64,000 nucleotides of DNA from Candidatus Cloacimonadales bacterium (GTDB taxonomy: Bacteria > Cloacimonadota > Cloacimonadia > Cloacimonadales > JAFGVF01): the NCBI GenBank assembly GCA_963678315.1, contig OY782781.1, positions 2,123,845 through 2,187,844 on the forward strand, written 5' to 3'. The notes below the pieces were generated by a model. The model saw only the letters and a list, made by a program, of their open reading frames with translations, ran no database searches and was not told the origin of the DNA. Both the position numbers and the translations under genes were made by a program. Positions within the stretch are counted from its first letter, which is position 1. Each line of letters begins with the position of its first letter. This document shows, piece after piece, positions 1 to 9,750 of the stretch.

Positions 1-2463
1 GATAATTACCAAGTTTGGGACAGAAGTAATGATAATATGCTTGCTAGTATGAGAACTGGTGAAACACTAATTACATCTCTTAATCCAGATACTAACTACC
101 ACTTTAAAATTAGAGTTACCGATTATGCTGGTAATACTTCTATGCTTTCTGACGAAGTTGTAGTAGAAACTTCTCCTTACAGAATTTCTAATTTCAAGGC
201 ATATTCTGACGATGGTGCAATCACTATTCAATGGAATGCTCAAAATGAATCTTCTTTATCTATCTATAAGATTCATAGACGTCAAGTTGGTGGAACATGG
301 GAAGGTGTTGAAAATGTTGTAGCAACTAATGAATCAAATAACCATTCATATCAATGGATAGATACAGATGTTACTTACGGCACATATTATGAATATAAAC
401 TTGAAGTCTTCACACAAGTTGGAGAATCTTACCAGTATGACTATACTGTTTCTGCTCATGCTAGTGACTATATTCAACTAATTGTTTCCAACCAAGATGG
501 CACTGTAGCTGATACAGTAGTAATTTCATGTAATGCTGAAGCTTCAAATAGTTATGATTCATATTATGATGTTGTTACTTCAACTTCAGGAAGCGGAGAC
601 TATATTGTTGCAGCTTTATATGAACAATACTGGGATTCTAGTCAAAGATACCTTGAAAAAGAAGTAGATGCTGATATCAATCTTAACGAAGATTATGCTA
701 CATTTGTTTTAGCTGTTAGATCCTCTTTAACTAATGAACAGTTAAATATCACAGTCGGTGATTTTGACGAAAGATCTACAAGAAAGGTTGTTGTAAGAGA
801 ATCTTCTAGTAATATCGCTGATTTAAACAATGATGAGTTAAACTTCCAAGTATCTAATACTTCATTTAAAACTTTCAATGTTTATTACGGTAATCTAAAT
901 CCTACTTTAGTTATGTCTTCAGCTCCAGCTTACAAGATTTATCATCCAAATGAATCTATAAACTTCCAATGGTCTACACAAAACCAATTCTTGGTTGATC
1001 ATTATAGAATAGAATTAATGGGCGATGACTCAACTATTCTAGTTGACGATAACGCAGCTGCCAACACATCATATTATCCTTGGTTTATTCCTGCTGATAC
1101 AAATATTCAAGATGCTAAACTTGTTGTAACAATCTACGCTTTAGATGGTGAAGAGATAACATATATCTCTGACTGGGAATTAGGTGTTTTACCATTAGAG
1201 CTAAATTACTATTTTGATCAAGGATACCAGATGGTTTCTCATGTATGGCAAGATGAAACAGTTAGTGCGAATGATTTATTCGGTGCAGGAAATATGCTTT
1301 ACGAATTTACTTTAGGACAAACTTTCAACCCTACTCTATTCTATAACTTTGGAAAAGGTTACTGGGTTAATTGTCCGGCTGATGTAGAATCAACTATTGA
1401 TGTACCTGTTACAAATGATGAATTCACTGTAGCTCTAAATGCTGGTTGGAACTTATTAGGTAATCCATATCCATCATTTATGGATGTTTCTGGATTTATA
1501 TTCAAGGTAGATGGTGTTGAATACTCAATGGGTGAAATGCTAACAAATGGCTTTATTTCTAGAGGTATCTATGATTTAGACTATAATGGATATCATCTTA
1601 CTGATAGAATTAAACCTATGGAAGCCTTCTTCTTACATAATAATCTTGATTTAAATATAGTTGAGTTAACTTATACACCTTACTATGATCATTATGAACT
1701 TGAACTTATCCCTTCAGAATGGGATATCAATATTGTAGCTAATAATGGTCAAGTGGACAATTTAACTCTTGGTTTTAGCAACTATGCTAGCGATGAATAT
1801 GACATGAATATTGATTTACCAAAAGCTCCTGGTTATCCATTTGATGGTGTAGATCTTTATATTGCTTATCCTGAAGATGATTTAAACTTCATGTATGATA
1901 AAGGCCATGTTGATTATAAATCTCCTATGTTTGCAGAAGAGATGACTTCTAAAAGCTGGATGATTGGACTTAACTGTGAAACTTTAGACAGCGTAGAACT
2001 TCAATACAACGCAATTAATTTCCCAACTAATGAATTATTTACTTATATTCGTTATAATGGTGAATTATATTACTTTGACCAAGAACATAACTTCCAGTTT
2101 GAACCAACAGAAATTGGTGAATATATGCTTGAATTAGTTGTTTCACAAGTGATGTTAAGTAATGATAATGGTTCTGTTGATCCATTCACTACTCAATTCG
2201 ATGTGTATCCTAACCCATTCAATCCTGAAACTTCAATTTCATTTAATATAAAGAATGATTCTAAAGTTGAACTTGATGTCTTTAATATTAAAGGTCAAAA
2301 AGTTAAATCTATCTGTTCAGATCAAATGACTGCTGGAACTCATACTTATGTTTGGAATGGAAGAAACTCTCAAAATAAAGCTACTGCTTCTGGTGTTTAT
2401 TTCATGAGATTAAAAGTTTCTGGTGAAAAAACAAGAGTTAAAAAAGTAATGTTAATGAAATAG
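1..2463 (+). CDS. Secreted multidomain surface protein (5'-partial) with FN3-like repeats and T9SS type-A C-terminal sorting domain
   Basis: Frame 1 is open from base 1 to the first ATG at 37 (DNYQVWDRSNDN, no stop), so the gene probably begins upstream of the window. FN3-like segment NPDTNYHFKIRVTDYAGNTS. The last ~85 aa (YPNPFNPETSISF..VFNIKGQKVKS..WNGRN..ASGVYFMRLK) form the same module that ends ORFs 46131-50753, 50774-51730 and 57582-62033, and fit the T9SS/Por C-terminal sorting domain pattern. Confidence 0.8.
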   Translation, partial: DNYQVWDRSNDNMLASMRTGETLITSLNPDTNYHFKIRVTDYAGNTSMLSDEVVVETSPYRISNFKAYSDDGAITIQWNAQNESSLSIYKIHRRQVGGTWEGVENVVATNESNNHSYQWIDTDVTYGTYYEYKLEVFTQVGESYQYDYTVSAHASDYIQLIVSNQDGTVADTVVISCNAEASNSYDSYYDVVTSTSGSGDYIVAALYEQYWDSSQRYLEKEVDADINLNEDYATFVLAVRSSLTNEQLNITVGDFDERSTRKVVVRESSSNIADLNNDELNFQVSNTSFKTFNVYYGNLNPTLVMSSAPAYKIYHPNESINFQWSTQNQFLVDHYRIELMGDDSTILVDDNAAANTSYYPWFIPADTNIQDAKLVVTIYALDGEEITYISDWELGVLPLELNYYFDQGYQMVSHVWQDETVSANDLFGAGNMLYEFTLGQTFNPTLFYNFGKGYWVNCPADVESTIDVPVTNDEFTVALNAGWNLLGNPYPSFMDVSGFIFKVDGVEYSMGEMLTNGFISRGIYDLDYNGYHLTDRIKPMEAFFLHNNLDLNIVELTYTPYYDHYELELIPSEWDINIVANNGQVDNLTLGFSNYASDEYDMNIDLPKAPGYPFDGVDLYIAYPEDDLNFMYDKGHVDYKSPMFAEEMTSKSWMIGLNCETLDSVELQYNAINFPTNELFTYIRYNGELYYFDQEHNFQFEPTEIGEYMLELVVSQVMLSNDNGSVDPFTTQFDVYPNPFNPETSISFNIKNDSKVELDVFNIKGQKVKSICSDQMTAGTHTYVWNGRNSQNKATASGVYFMRLKVSGEKTRVKKVMLMK

Positions 2464-2487
2464 TTAATAATTACGTAAATAAATTCA

Positions 2488-2520
2488 AAGAGAGCCTGCT
2501 TCAAGTAGGCTCTTTCTTTT
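2488..2520 (+). terminator. Intrinsic terminator after the T9SS-cargo gene
   Basis: Stem AGAGCCT (2491-2497) / AGGCTCT (2507-2513), 9-nt loop, followed by TTCTTTT, 25 nt after the stop codon. Confidence 0.7.
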
Positions 2521-2619
2521 ATGAATAAATTATCTAAAAGATTCATTGTTTTCTTGGATATGTTACTAGCCTCCTGCATTAAATTAGCTTTTTATGCAGA
2601 AGACCCTTAATTCTGAACT

Positions 2620-2658
2620 AAAAAAAAGATAGAAATCCTCTATTAAGAATCTCTATCT
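2620..2658 (-). terminator. Intrinsic terminator of hsp20 (minus strand)
   Basis: On the minus strand, AGATAGA...TCTATCT stem (2652-2658 / 2627-2633) followed by a T8 run (A8 at 2620-2627 on the plus strand), 20 nt downstream of the hsp20 stop. Confidence 0.6.
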
Positions 2659-2678
2659 AATTTGCTTGTTTGTTTTGT

Positions 2679-3068
2679 TTAGCTTATTTTTATTGTTTTG
2701 GGAGAATTATTTATTCTTTTAGGTATAATTAAGTTTAATATCCCGTGAGATAACTTAGCTCTTAAATTCTCTACATCACAAGTTGATGGAATATAAAATG
2801 ACCTGTTAACTTTATTTGATGTAGCTATCTCTTGCATATGTAAAATGTCATTATCATTATATTTCTTTTTAGTAGTCTCAGCTTTTATAGTTAATAAGTT
2901 ATCCTTCACACTAACATTAATCTCTTCTTTAGAAAAGCCAGGTAAATATGACTTAACTAGGAAGCCTTGGTCACTTTCAATTATATCAACAGGAATTTTA
3001 TCATTTGAATGCCATCTGTTATAATTTACTGCTCTATTACTTAATCGTTTAGTATCTTGATTATACAT
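2679..3068 (-). CDS. Small heat-shock protein, Hsp20/alpha-crystallin family
   Basis: 129 aa. Alpha-crystallin domain pattern GFLVKSYLPGFSKEEINVSVKDNLLTIKAE ... RSFYIPSTCDVENLRAKLSHGILNLIIPK. Confidence 0.85.
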   Translation of the reverse strand: MYNQDTKRLSNRAVNYNRWHSNDKIPVDIIESDQGFLVKSYLPGFSKEEINVSVKDNLLTIKAETTKKKYNDNDILHMQEIATSNKVNRSFYIPSTCDVENLRAKLSHGILNLIIPKRINNSPKTIKIS

Positions 3069-3141
3069 ATCAAAAACTCCTTTCTAATCTTAATTTCAAT
3101 TCAATATCTACATACACAGTTAATCATGTCAATAAATATTA

Positions 3142-3168
3142 TTAGCATTCAATGAAAAAGTCTGCTAA
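3142..3168. promoter_or_regulatory. CIRCE-like inverted repeat (possible HrcA operator) upstream of hsp20
   Basis: TTAGCATTC-N9-GTCTGCTAA compared with the CIRCE consensus TTAGCACTC-N9-GAGTGCTAA (3 mismatches, exact 9-nt spacer). Lies 74-100 bp upstream of the hsp20 start. Confidence 0.45.
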
Positions 3169-3228
3169 AAAGAGTTTCATAATGAGCTAATATAAAGTTA
3201 AACAGTCTTTTATGAGAGTAGAAGAATT

Positions 3229-3255
3229 TTAGCAATATTTTGAAGTCTTTGCTAA
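3229..3255. promoter_or_regulatory. Second CIRCE-like inverted repeat in the hsp20/ybaB divergent intergenic region
   Basis: TTAGCAATA-N9-CTTTGCTAA. The arms TTAGCAA/TTGCTAA are perfectly complementary and share the TTAGCA-N15-TGCTAA geometry of the first copy. Confidence 0.35.
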
Positions 3256-3443
3256 TAAAGAATGGATTTATACTCAATCCTTGTCGCATTCTTGAAGTCT
3301 AAACCAAAAAGATATTAATTATAAGCTTTTAAGATATCTCATAAAATTCTGTTAAAAGAATTCATTAATAATTGATTTAGAAAACTGTTGACGTATGTTT
3401 CAAATATATAAAAATTGAAAAAATATTACTTAAGGAGTCCATT

Positions 3444-3764
3444 ATGATGCCAGGTGGAAACATGAAACAATTAATGAAGAAAGCTCAGAAGATGCAAAAA
3501 GACCTATTGAAAGCTCAAGAAGAGATGGAGAATAAGATTTTTGAGTGTACTTCAGGTGGAGGCATGGTTAAAATAGAAATGAATGGTAAGTATGAAGTTA
3601 AGGGAATTAAAATAGATCCAGAAGTAATTGACCCAGATGATGTAGAAATGTTAGAAGACTTGATTCTAGCAGCATTGAAAGATGGATTTGACCAAGTATC
3701 TAAAAATAACGAATCTTCAATGTCTAATATTACTGGTGGCATGAAGATTCCAGGTCTATTCTAA
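3444..3764 (+). CDS. ybaB: Nucleoid-associated protein YbaB/EbfC
   Basis: 106 aa. KQLMKKAQKMQKDLLKAQEEM..GGGMVKIEMNGKYEVKGIKIDPEV..DDVEMLEDLILAA signature. RBS AAGGAG upstream. Followed directly by recR, the conserved bacterial arrangement. Confidence 0.9.
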   Translation: MMPGGNMKQLMKKAQKMQKDLLKAQEEMENKIFECTSGGGMVKIEMNGKYEVKGIKIDPEVIDPDDVEMLEDLILAALKDGFDQVSKNNESSMSNITGGMKIPGLF

Positions 3765-3789
3765 TATAGGGAAGCTTACTTAAAAAACA

Positions 3790-4386
3790 ATGATTAAAAT
3801 TATTGAAGAATTAAAAGATTCTTTGAAGATATTGCCAGGGATTGGGGATAAAACAGCTCAAAAACTGGCTCTTTTCCTTCTTTCAGGTAATAAAGAGTCT
3901 GCTATAACTTTAGGTCAAACAATTATTAGCACAGTAAATAGTGTAGTTAATTGCCCTATCTGTAATATATTAACAGACGTATCTCCTTGCCAATTCTGCT
4001 CTGATACTTCAAGAAATGAAGCTCAATTATGTATTGTAGAAAATACAGCAGATGTTTTTATGATGGAGTCAACTGGCGAATACCATGGCTTTTATTTCAT
4101 ATTAGGCAATCTATTATCCCCCATTGACGGGATAGGTCCTAAAGAGATTTCTATAGATCATTTATTAGATAGAATAAGCAACTTCCCAATTCAAGAAGTA
4201 GTTTTAGCCTTAAGTCCATCAGTTGAAGGTGAAACAACAATCTCCTATATCTCTGATAGACTAAGTGATTGGAATGGTTCAATTACAAGACTTTCTACAG
4301 GATTACCTTTTGGTGGCGATTTGGAGTATTCAAACAAAGTAACAATAGCTAATGCTCTCAAGCACAGATTAAAAGTTAAGGAATAG
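3790..4386 (+). CDS. recR: Recombination protein RecR
   Basis: 198 aa. HhH motif LPGIGDKTAQKLALFLL, C4 zinc finger CPICN..CQFC, and Toprim segment LCIVENTADVFMMESTGEYHGFYFILG. Confidence 0.92.
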   Translation: MIKIIEELKDSLKILPGIGDKTAQKLALFLLSGNKESAITLGQTIISTVNSVVNCPICNILTDVSPCQFCSDTSRNEAQLCIVENTADVFMMESTGEYHGFYFILGNLLSPIDGIGPKEISIDHLLDRISNFPIQEVVLALSPSVEGETTISYISDRLSDWNGSITRLSTGLPFGGDLEYSNKVTIANALKHRLKVKE

Positions 4387-4389
4387 CTG

Positions 4390-5016
4390 ATGTTCACAGG
4401 AATAATCGAAGAAGTTGGCACATTAAAAAGATTAACATCAAAGAATGGAAAGAAATATCTAACTATCGAAGCAAAGATTGTAACAAATGATATAAAGCTA
4501 GGAGATTCTGTAGCTTCTAACGGTATTTGCTTAACAGTAACGGCTTTTGATAAGGATTCTATTACAGTTGAAGTAATGAACGAAACTATTCAAAAAACAA
4601 GTGCCAAAGATTGGACTATCAACAATAAGATTAATCTTGAAAGAGCCTTATTACTGTCTAACCGATTAGATGGTCATATTGTTCAAGGTCATGTAGATAC
4701 TGTTTCCCATATTGCTAGAATTAAGCAAGTTGGAGACACGAAATATATATCAATTGCAGTACCAAGACAATATAGCCATTTGTTAGTTCCCCAAGGATCA
4801 ATAGCCGTTAATGGCATTAGTCTTACAGTTGCAAAGCTCGATGCTTCTACATTTGATGTAGCCCTTATTAGTTTTACAGAAGGTCATACGAACTTAAGCA
4901 ATGCAAATGTTGCAGATAGAGTTAATCTAGAATTTGATATTATTGGAAAATATCTTTATAGATTTTCCCAAACTCCTAAACTCACAAAAGAGTGGTTAGA
5001 TGAAAATAATTTCTAG
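4390..5016 (+). CDS. ribE: Riboflavin synthase (alpha chain)
   Basis: 208 aa. Canonical MFTGIIEEVG start and duplicated lumazine-binding halves (GDSVASNGICLTV / GSIAVNGISLTV). Confidence 0.9.
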   Translation: MFTGIIEEVGTLKRLTSKNGKKYLTIEAKIVTNDIKLGDSVASNGICLTVTAFDKDSITVEVMNETIQKTSAKDWTINNKINLERALLLSNRLDGHIVQGHVDTVSHIARIKQVGDTKYISIAVPRQYSHLLVPQGSIAVNGISLTVAKLDASTFDVALISFTEGHTNLSNANVADRVNLEFDIIGKYLYRFSQTPKLTKEWLDENNF

Positions 5017-6289
5017 ACTAACAATCCTTCTACTAATCATATTATCTATTGCCTGTGGTAAGCAAAAGAATCCAGCAGGTGGACCTGAAGATAAATCACC
5101 ATTGAAAATAGTTTCTATATCACCTGAGAACTACAATTCAATATCAGGCAAAGAAATTGAAATTTTATTCAACAAAAGTTTAGATAGGAAGAGTGTTACT
5201 AACAGCTTTCAATTCTATCCTCCATTAGATAGCTACCAGATTGAAACTTCTACTAGAAGTGTTAAAATCACAATTGAAGATTCTCTTAAAGCCAATCAAA
5301 ATATCTATTTTACTATTCTTGATATTGTAAAAGATACTCGTAATAATACTCTTGAAATGCCGAAAACCTATATTTATAGTAACGGCAAGCTTCAAGATAC
5401 TAAAATTACAGGGATTATTAGATATGAAAAAGAAGAAGATAGTAAGTTAGATAAAGAGCTTATTTTACTAGATGCAGATTCAATCAGTATGTTTTCAAAG
5501 ACATTTAAGAGGTCGTCATTTGATATTGACGGACTTGATAGCAAACAGTATGTTTTAAGATGTTACATAGATAAAACCAATAATGGTAGATATAATATTG
5601 AAAAAGAGCCTTATTATGAAACTCTAGTTGACTCAACAGAAATTAGAAATGTTGAATTATATTTATCTTATGCTGATACTACAAGAGTTTTAGCTAAAAG
5701 TGCAAAAGCAATTTATAACAATCTAGTTGAAATCAAGCTTAGTGAAGTGCCTGAATTTATTGATGATATCGAAATAATATGTTTAAAAGATACAACTAAT
5801 CTCAAAATAGAATTTTCTGATTTAGACCAGGATATACTTAACATTGTAACAACTAATCAAGATACAACTATGTATGAGATTAGACTAAAGGATATCTTTG
5901 ATTCTAATGATAATAAAACAGATTTGACTGTGAAGACTTTTCAAGGCTCTGTAAAAGCTGATACATTAGCTCCTGAGTTATTATCAACTTCACCAAGAAA
6001 TGGTTCATCTGTATATAATTCAAAGCCACAGTTCTCTTTAGTATTCAATGAAATCATTAAAAGTAGTGATTTTGTTTCTAGCCTAAAAGAAATTGAAACA
6101 GGTAGAATTATAGCAACTAAAATTATTAAAGCCAATTCACATAATGTAATAATTGAAGCTCAGAAAGAGTTGAAAAATTACAATAGCTATCTGCTTACAA
6201 TAAGTAGCAAAACTAAGGATTTATCTGGTAATAGACTTATAGATGACGTACTCATATCATTTATGGTTACTTTAAAGAGTGACAGTTAA
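5000..6289 (+). CDS. Lipoprotein with SbsA/Big_5-like Ig repeats, function unknown
   Basis: Signal peptide plus lipobox (LSIAC-G). Segments ISPENYNSISGKEIEILFNKSL and TSPRNGSSVYNSKPQFSLVFNEII resemble Big_5 Ig-like domain starts. Overlaps ribE by 17 nt. Confidence 0.65.
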   Translation: MKIISRLTILLLIILSIACGKQKNPAGGPEDKSPLKIVSISPENYNSISGKEIEILFNKSLDRKSVTNSFQFYPPLDSYQIETSTRSVKITIEDSLKANQNIYFTILDIVKDTRNNTLEMPKTYIYSNGKLQDTKITGIIRYEKEEDSKLDKELILLDADSISMFSKTFKRSSFDIDGLDSKQYVLRCYIDKTNNGRYNIEKEPYYETLVDSTEIRNVELYLSYADTTRVLAKSAKAIYNNLVEIKLSEVPEFIDDIEIICLKDTTNLKIEFSDLDQDILNIVTTNQDTTMYEIRLKDIFDSNDNKTDLTVKTFQGSVKADTLAPELLSTSPRNGSSVYNSKPQFSLVFNEIIKSSDFVSSLKEIETGRIIATKIIKANSHNVIIEAQKELKNYNSYLLTISSKTKDLSGNRLIDDVLISFMVTLKSDS

Positions 6290-6291
6290 GA

Positions 6292-6687
6292 TCAATAAAT
6301 AGTTACGATAACTTTCCTATTTCTAGGACCATCAAATTCACAAAAGAAAACTCCTTGCCATGTTCCAAGAAGTAAACTTGAATTTTCTATAGGGATATTC
6401 AAGGAACATCCAACCAAAGTAGAACTCAAATGAGCATCAGAGTTACCTTCAGAATGCAAGTACTCTCTAAGCTTTGGAGAAAGTTTCCTAAAGGCGAACT
6501 TTAAGTCATTGATAACATTAGGGTCTGCACATTCGTTTATTGTTACTCCAGCAGTAGTGTGGGGTATGAAAATGTTTACCATGCCACATTTAATCTCTTC
6601 TTTAGTAACCAACTCATTAATTTGCTTTGTTATATCTAGAAAATCAATTTCTTTTCTAGATGAAAGAATAAACTCATATCTTTTCAT
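6292..6687 (-). CDS. YjbQ/UPF0047 family protein (secondary thiamine-phosphate synthase-like)
   Basis: 131 aa. IFIPHTTAGVTINE..DP, HSEGNSDAHL, LGTWQGVFFCEFDGPRNR motifs. Start overlaps the helicase stop by 14 nt. Confidence 0.85.
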   Translation of the reverse strand: MKRYEFILSSRKEIDFLDITKQINELVTKEEIKCGMVNIFIPHTTAGVTINECADPNVINDLKFAFRKLSPKLREYLHSEGNSDAHLSSTLVGCSLNIPIENSSLLLGTWQGVFFCEFDGPRNRKVIVTIY

Positions 6688-9016
6688 GTTTCCTCCAATT
6701 TGTTATATTATCCAAAAGATTAGTTTCTTTCCTTATAATATAATCACTTTCCCAAGAAATAGGTAAATACTTTTTGTAGGAAGCATGCAAAAATCTCTTA
6801 TCAACTAGATATAATACACCTTTATCTGTTTCAGTTCTGATTAATCTACCTGCTGATTGGACAATTCTTAGCAGGGCTGGAAACTTAAAAGCATAGTCGA
6901 ATCCACTTTTACCTAAAGCTGAAAAGTATTGTTTTATCAATTCTCTTTCAAAGGAAACCATTGGTAAACTAATACCTACAACAATACAACCAATCAACTG
7001 CTGACCTTGTAAATCAATACCCTCACCGAAAAAGCCACCTGATATAGCAAAAAGAAGCTGATTGTTTGAAATAGAATAAGAATTTAATACAGCTTGCCTT
7101 TCTTCACTTGTCATGCTTGTGCTTTGAATATGTAAATTAGGATTATCATTGTCTTCTTGATAAAAGTCTAGTACACTATTCAAGAACTTGTATGAAGGAA
7201 AGAAGACTATGTAGTTACCCGGATAAGACTTTATTGTTGCCTTAATCCTTAGAGCTATCTCTTGGTAATAGGAGTCCCTATTCTTGTAAGTTGTATCAAT
7301 GATTGAATCATACATAACACACATATTATTCTTATCAAAGGGAGATTCTACTTCTAATAAATAGTTTTCTTTGGACTCCACATTCAACAAATATTCAAAA
7401 TATTCATCAGGCTTTAAGGTTGCAGAAAAAAAGATAGCACTCTTTATTCTACCTGTTTGCTCTGATATAATTGGTTTAGGATTCAAGCAGTATATTCGTA
7501 TGGTTAATCTTTGCTTTTTTTCTACATAAAGAACGAAATGTTCATCTAACAATTCGTATAATCGTACAAAATCATTAAGATAGAAATAGAAGTCTATCAA
7601 TAAGCTTTTTGCTGGGAATGGTTTTCCAGAAGCTAGTTGAGAATCCATGGTCTTTAAGAAATCCCTAATAAGCTTCAACAAATCAGTATTAAGAACTTCT
7701 ATTATATGGTTACCAACCTCAAATGTCTTTTCAATGTCAAGTAAGTACTTGTTAAGATTCTTTAGAGTTTTTTTAATGTTTTCGGGTGAAGACTTTGCTT
7801 CTCTTTTAACAGAAAGTACTTCATTTCTTGATAGTTCTGCTGAGAACATTGCTCGTACTCTTTCTGGTACATTATGAGCTTCATCAAAGAGCAAAGTATA
7901 GTTTTCAGTCACTATCTCAAAGAATCTTTTTAACCTAGCTTTAGGATCATAAAAGTAGTTGCAATCGCATACTATCATATCTGCCCATGAAGATAAGTCT
8001 AAAGCTAACTCAAAGGGACACATCTTTAATTCTAAGGCAATATTCTGTATTACTTCTTTTGTGAAGGTGTTATATTTAAAGAAAAGAGATTTATTATTTC
8101 TGAATTTGGTAAAGTAATCCTTGGCATATTCACATTCGTGATAATCACAAGCTTTTTCAGGATTGAAGCATATTTTTGCTTTAGCCGTTATAAAGACAGT
8201 CTTAAACTTGATATTAGACTTATCAAAAATGTTTATTGTTTCTTTAACTACCTCAGATATGGTACCTTTGTTTGTTATGTAGAATAACTTATCAGTAAGA
8301 CCTGTGGATATTGATTTCAAAGCAGGAAATAGCACAGCTGAAGTCTTACCAATTCCAGTTGGAGCTTCAATTCTTATACAAGCTTCTTTTTCTATTGTCT
8401 TGTAACTAGCAACCATAACCTTTCTTTGCCCTTTCCTCAAATCAGCAAAAGGAAATTTAGCTGTTCCTAAATTAGCATCTCTAGAATCTCTATAGTCTTG
8501 AAGTTTGTTAATCCAAGCAAGGTAGTATTCAGTTATTTCATTATAAAAGCTCTTAAGTTCCTCAAAAGAATGAACATTATCTATAATCAGACTTTGCTCG
8601 TTATCTAAATTATAGTAGGTTAAATGGGTGCAAATGTTGTTTAGTTGATTATCTCTAGAATATAAATAGGCATAGCATATAACTTGAGCTAAGTGATATT
8701 TATTAGGATTATTCTTTAGGCTTGCTAAATCTAAATATGTCGATTTGATTTCTTCAACAATTACTATATCATCATCTTTTACTCTTTCATAGATACCATC
8801 AGCTCTACCCGATATTACAAGCTTAAAGCTTTCTTTACAAATTTCATCAGATAAGAAATATTCTTTATGGTAATTATCTGGTCTAGACTTCTGAAGTTTA
8901 GTATGAATAGAAGTCCCAAGATTAGCTCGGGACTTCCCTAAAAAGGTTGATGATATGTGTCCTTCCAAATAGAAGAAGTTTATAACATCTTTAATCGATA
9001 TCTTATATGTTCTCAT
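6674..9016 (-). CDS. XPD/DinG (Rad3)-family Fe-S DNA helicase with N-terminal PD-(D/E)xK (RecB/Cas4-like) nuclease domain
   Basis: 780 aa. Nuclease motifs GTSIH, ISGRADGI, IVEEIKS, QVICY in the first ~150 aa. Walker A APTGIGKT. Four Cys between Walker A and B (CFNPEKACDYHEC ... MCPFE), as in XPD Fe-S domains. DEAH box LFDEAHN. C-terminal QSAGRLIR motif VI. Confidence 0.8.
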   Translation of the reverse strand: MRTYKISIKDVINFFYLEGHISSTFLGKSRANLGTSIHTKLQKSRPDNYHKEYFLSDEICKESFKLVISGRADGIYERVKDDDIVIVEEIKSTYLDLASLKNNPNKYHLAQVICYAYLYSRDNQLNNICTHLTYYNLDNEQSLIIDNVHSFEELKSFYNEITEYYLAWINKLQDYRDSRDANLGTAKFPFADLRKGQRKVMVASYKTIEKEACIRIEAPTGIGKTSAVLFPALKSISTGLTDKLFYITNKGTISEVVKETINIFDKSNIKFKTVFITAKAKICFNPEKACDYHECEYAKDYFTKFRNNKSLFFKYNTFTKEVIQNIALELKMCPFELALDLSSWADMIVCDCNYFYDPKARLKRFFEIVTENYTLLFDEAHNVPERVRAMFSAELSRNEVLSVKREAKSSPENIKKTLKNLNKYLLDIEKTFEVGNHIIEVLNTDLLKLIRDFLKTMDSQLASGKPFPAKSLLIDFYFYLNDFVRLYELLDEHFVLYVEKKQRLTIRIYCLNPKPIISEQTGRIKSAIFFSATLKPDEYFEYLLNVESKENYLLEVESPFDKNNMCVMYDSIIDTTYKNRDSYYQEIALRIKATIKSYPGNYIVFFPSYKFLNSVLDFYQEDNDNPNLHIQSTSMTSEERQAVLNSYSISNNQLLFAISGGFFGEGIDLQGQQLIGCIVVGISLPMVSFERELIKQYFSALGKSGFDYAFKFPALLRIVQSAGRLIRTETDKGVLYLVDKRFLHASYKKYLPISWESDYIIRKETNLLDNITNWRKHEKI

Positions 9017-9019
9017 TAA

Positions 9020-9739
9020 TTATCTATTGCAATATAGTTCCCATAACTTATTGAAATTATTAGTAAGAGCAGATTGCATTTTTAAATCACAATTAGTAAC
9101 TTCTGGAACATTATTTAGAACAACATAAGGAACTTTTGTTCTCTTGATGTCAATATAATCAGTTTGATCTTTGACAATGTCATGCCAATCAACTTCTTTA
9201 TATAATCTTTCTAGCTTATCATCAGGTAACCCATGTTCTAATATTGAATGTGGCTTATCTGGATTAAATCTTCTTCTATTTTTACGAAGGGATTCTTCAT
9301 AAGGTACATCAACATAGAAGATAGCAGACCTTTTTAAAATAGATGTGCTTAGATGCTTAAAAGCTTTCTCATAACCACCATGTTCACTTCCTCTAGAAAA
9401 CTCTATCAGAAGTGTGTTTTCTTGGTGCAGATTAACGTTTTCAGCAATCATTTTATTGTATTCTATATTGAATCTTTCAATCAAAAGATTCCATTGATAG
9501 TTATGTATAAAGTATCCATCTGTTGTTGAATGTATTCTTCCAACCTTGAGAATATTCTCACGTATATGATCTTCTTCAAACCAAGTCCATAGCATAGGAA
9601 AGTCATCTAATTCAATTAAATTAGCTATCTTATAGTCTTCGATTCTTTCAATAGTATTTCTTCTTTTAAGGAAGTCTATGATTTCAGATTTACCTGAAGC
9701 AGGTCTTCCTAACAAAATTACAATATCAAAATGTTTCAT
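9020..9739 (-). CDS. P-loop NTPase/kinase-like protein, function unknown
   Basis: 239 aa. Walker A GRPASGKSE at residues 11-19. The rest could not be placed in a family by eye. Confidence 0.6.
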   Translation of the reverse strand: MKHFDIVILLGRPASGKSEIIDFLKRRNTIERIEDYKIANLIELDDFPMLWTWFEEDHIRENILKVGRIHSTTDGYFIHNYQWNLLIERFNIEYNKMIAENVNLHQENTLLIEFSRGSEHGGYEKAFKHLSTSILKRSAIFYVDVPYEESLRKNRRRFNPDKPHSILEHGLPDDKLERLYKEVDWHDIVKDQTDYIDIKRTKVPYVVLNNVPEVTNCDLKMQSALTNNFNKLWELYCNR

Positions 9740-9750
9740 TGTACTCCCCT

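Noticed and set aside
4300-4390. FMN riboswitch upstream of ribE.
   Set aside because: ribE starts 3 nt after the recR stop, leaving no leader sequence to hold a riboswitch.
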